DNA from: Lytechinus pictus
Taxonomy: Eukaryota
DNA length: 64,000 nucleotides
Direction of reading: 5' to 3'
NCBI RefSeq assembly: GCF_037042905.1
Contig: NC_087246.1
Span: 57,288,001-57,352,000, forward strand
Under the pieces are notes generated by a model. The model saw only the letters and a program-made list of their open reading frames with translations. It was not told where the DNA came from and searched no databases. The translations under genes and the position numbers were made by a program. Shown here in pieces: positions 60,861 to 64,000 of the stretch; position 1 is the first letter of the stretch; each line of letters starts with the position of its first letter.

Positions 60861-62299
60861 TGCCATGAAGACACAAAGCACAGTTATAGTGTGATTCCTG
60901 CTAAGATTTGTACTACAGACTTTTGACAAGTTGCCTTAAGGTTTGATCCATAAATCATGTCAGTATATTAATATCCATATAATGTATACCATCACTATAG
61001 ACTTCTTTTTAGTTTACATACGAGAGTATTTCCTCAATACTTTGTATGTATATGTAGCTCATGTTTCGCAAGGTGAACATTGCACAAAACTATAGGTACC
61101 AATTGACTTTGTAAAGTACAGCATGGACTTGCAACATCATCCAAATGAAGTCTAAATGCCCCCCCCCCCAAAAAAAAAAAAAAGTTATTAAACTATTATT
61201 TGTGTAAAAAAGTTATAAAATTTACAATCCATGCAGTTATATAGCTGGAAATCATTTTATTCCATGATTTGTATAATTGTCAATCAGGCAATGGCCTGCT
61301 AATGTTGTATATTGAGAATGGTTTTGAATTTTTTATATTCAATGATTGAAAAAGTAAATCTTGCGCCCTTAGAAAGAGATCCGGTACCTGGATTTAAAGA
61401 GTATAGGTAAAAGCTTATCAGGGTGCTCTCAGACCTTAAATTTTAAATTTCAATATTTTTTGGGAAAAGACCACTCTTCCATTGGCAGATTTCTTTTATT
61501 ACAGCACAAAGGGGGGGGGGGTACAGACAAAATACAAAAACACTGCATGGCTAATGAGATGGGCATTAAGGCCAATGGACAGGGAATCTAAGGCCTTGGA
61601 CTGCTTTGGATTGGGGGGGGGGGGGACAGAGGGTTATTATTCTACACCTCCAGATTATATTATTTGGAACACTCAGATTTGTAACAGGTGAAAGCAATGT
61701 TATTTTCATGATAAAAGGAAATTCTCTTTAAACATTACCTAATTCAGTGAACAACCATTCTATTAACCATTTTTTCTATTGAATTATACTCGTATGGAAA
61801 TAAGTAGGACAGGGATATACTAATCATTTGCCTGTTGACAGTGATGTAGGAATGTTTTGAGCAAAGGTTGAAGGGTTCAAGCATTGTTAAAGGGGAAGTT
61901 CACCCTGACAACAAGATGGTTTTTATTTTAAAAAATGAAAAAAAAGTAATGGTAAGGGTTTGATGAAAATCTTTCCAAGAGTAAGGGAATTATGAATTTG
62001 ATAAAATTTTGATTTTGAGACCTCACAGACGAAAAACTCCTCCATATGTAAAAATGCAATACCATCAAGAAAATGAAAGTGATTTTATTTTTGCGATCAA
62101 CTGACACATGTCATAGCTGATCTGTAAGAATTCTGTTTTTTTTTATCAATTCCCCTTAAAAAATTAGAATTTATGGAATTTATATTACATGAAATATGGG
62201 GGAGCTGCTCAGGTTTGACAGGTGCAGATATGATAGATCAGCTACCAATTTAAAATCATGCTTCATACTGGTTAGAAAATAAATTAATGTTTGCTGACT

Positions 62300-62600
62300 G
62301 CGTGGGAGCATTATGGTCTAGGGGTCCCAACTCTTTCCAATTAGAAGCTCATGGTTTCAAATCCTACTTTAGGCATCAATTTCTGTCAGCAAAAAAATTG
62401 ATACACATTGGCTGCACTCTATCCAGGTGAGGTGATTTGGTACTCAGTGGGATTAATTCCTTTAACACTTAATCACCTTTACGGCAGCTCAGCTATACCC
62501 GGGGTAATACTATGATTCCAAGTATTAAATGCAGTAGAGTACATGCATACATGTAAAATATATATAGTTGCTGTGCTATATGAATGGACCTATTATTATA
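62300..62600 (+). mobile_element. tRNA-derived SINE, degenerate, near full length
   Basis: A-box-like TGGTCTAGGGG, B-box-like GGTTTCAAATCC, shared core and TATTATTAT tail. Confidence 0.55.
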
Positions 62601-62901
62601 ATTCGAGTATGCAGGGAGTTTGTATGAGTGATATTAAAAATAAGTTGGGGTGCAACATGTTTGGTAACAGTACAGTATCTTTATGTGGTCCCATATGACA
62701 TTTTGAATGTCCTGCTGCTTTACAACTCTCGGTTATGGGCACTGTTGATAGCATGTATCTTTATTTAGAACATGATAGTAAGACTACATGACAGACGAGC
62801 AACAAGCTTTTCAATTTATTTCAACAACTGTTATCAAAATTTATTCCTTAGTCTATGGATTAGTTCAAGTAATGTTTTGATTTAAAGCAATTACGAATCA
62901 G

Positions 62902-63161
62902 AGCCCCTTCCCACAAAGAGTTATAATTGATCAATTCAATCGTAACTCTATGGAAATCCATGAGTGTCATAATTTTTTCTACAGGAAATTTGCAAATTAT
63001 CCTTGCAAACAAAGGAGAACACACCAAATTGTCAAGAAATCGATGAATATAACATATCTAGATTTTTTTTTGGAAGAAACATGCATTTTATATATTGACC
63101 TTGCTGGCTTTCCATAGTTATGATTGATTAGATCAATTGTAACTCTTTGTAAGATGGGGCC
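62902..63161 (-). mobile_element. Harbinger-type MITE family F, copy 3 (inverted)
   Basis: CAG TSD; reverse complement of 26771-27040. Confidence 0.8.
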
Positions 63162-63661
63162 CAGCAGCCTTGTAAAGGACTACCTCATGTGGCCAGGTTC
63201 CTAACCCATAATGCAACCTTCTGAACAGTGTAGTCTTGTGATATAGACCCACTTAAATGATCCAAACTAATTCACATTACATTTAATATATTCAATACAG
63301 TCATTATTGTGTTACCAGGTTTCTAAACAAGTATTTTTCCTCTCAAAATACCCTTTTTCTCTCTTCACATGAAATTATAGGCTTTTTTTTTTAATCTGTA
63401 CAGTTATTTAAAATGGAATATTTTAAGACTAGCTATTTATAACACATAGTCAATGAGTAGTCTGTATTACAGACTCTTATTTAACATATACCAACTATAC
63501 AATGTCTTAAGAGTGAAAACTGGATTTCAAACTCCCTGTCTGTGAAATAAGACAACCACAGTAAATAAGTGAATCTAGTCTCCCTACTCCAGACTCTACA
63601 TTATGCACTATGCAAATTATAAAAACCAAAGGTCTGTGCCTGCAGACTAGCTGACTAGTCA

Positions 63662-63900
63662 ATGGGTGATTTCAAGTCCGGTGTTGACCTTTTGGTGTTG
63701 GTGTTAGGTCAATTTTTACACGATTATAACACCAAACGTAACATGAAGATGGTCCCGAAAAGTCACTCACTAGATGTTGAGATGTCAATTATGTGATCTG
63801 GATCAGTTTTATAAAATCTGTTTTGGAGCTAGGGGAAGCAATCCAAATTCCAACACTAACACCAACACCAAGGCCAACACCGGACTTGAAATCACCCAAT
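63662..63900. mobile_element. Unclassified MITE
   Basis: About 25-bp TIR TGGGTGATTTCAAGTCCGGTGTTG / CAACACCGGACTTGAAATCACCCA. Confidence 0.75.
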
Positions 63901-64000
63901 GAGACCATGTAGGGTCCATGGTTTGTTCTCCCTTTAAGAGGAGAACACAAACATGATGTCACGTTTGGTCTAAAAAAGGGAAGTAGAAAAACATGTTGAT

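Noticed and set aside
62300-62370. tRNA gene
   Set aside because: Only degenerate A/B boxes with no cloverleaf; it continues into a SINE core.

Overview
AT-rich, intron-containing animal genomic DNA. The repeat landscape suggests an invertebrate deuterostome, probably a sea urchin; this is an inference, not proven. Four protein-coding genes can be rebuilt with in-phase GT-AG splicing: (1) an intronless GT31 beta-1,3-galactosyltransferase-like gene (+, 1577-3250); (2) UQCRFS1, the Rieske Fe-S protein (-, 3 exons, 274 aa); (3) ZC3H18 (+, 13 coding exons, 1542 aa, with large low-complexity expansions); (4) an SNX20/21-type PX-PXB sorting nexin (+, 3 exons, about 330 aa). Introns and spacers are full of non-autonomous DNA transposons: TTAA/AGG Kolobok (T2)-type MITEs, 8-bp-TSD hAT elements, CWG-TSD Harbinger-type MITEs and foldback elements. 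There are also SINE remnants. I found no transposase ORF, tRNA, rRNA or CRISPR array. The most unusual signal is the octamer TACATGTA. I counted about 42 copies by hand, against roughly 2-3 expected, and they are concentrated inside gene bodies. Paralogous repeat pairs within the window show it arising by TA -> TA-CA-TG-TA expansion, the form of a Tc1/mariner excision footprint. Other oddities are a decayed copy of Rieske exon 2 inside its own intron, a spacer-less 74-bp palindrome and several nested transposon stacks. I see no clear new protein-coding system.
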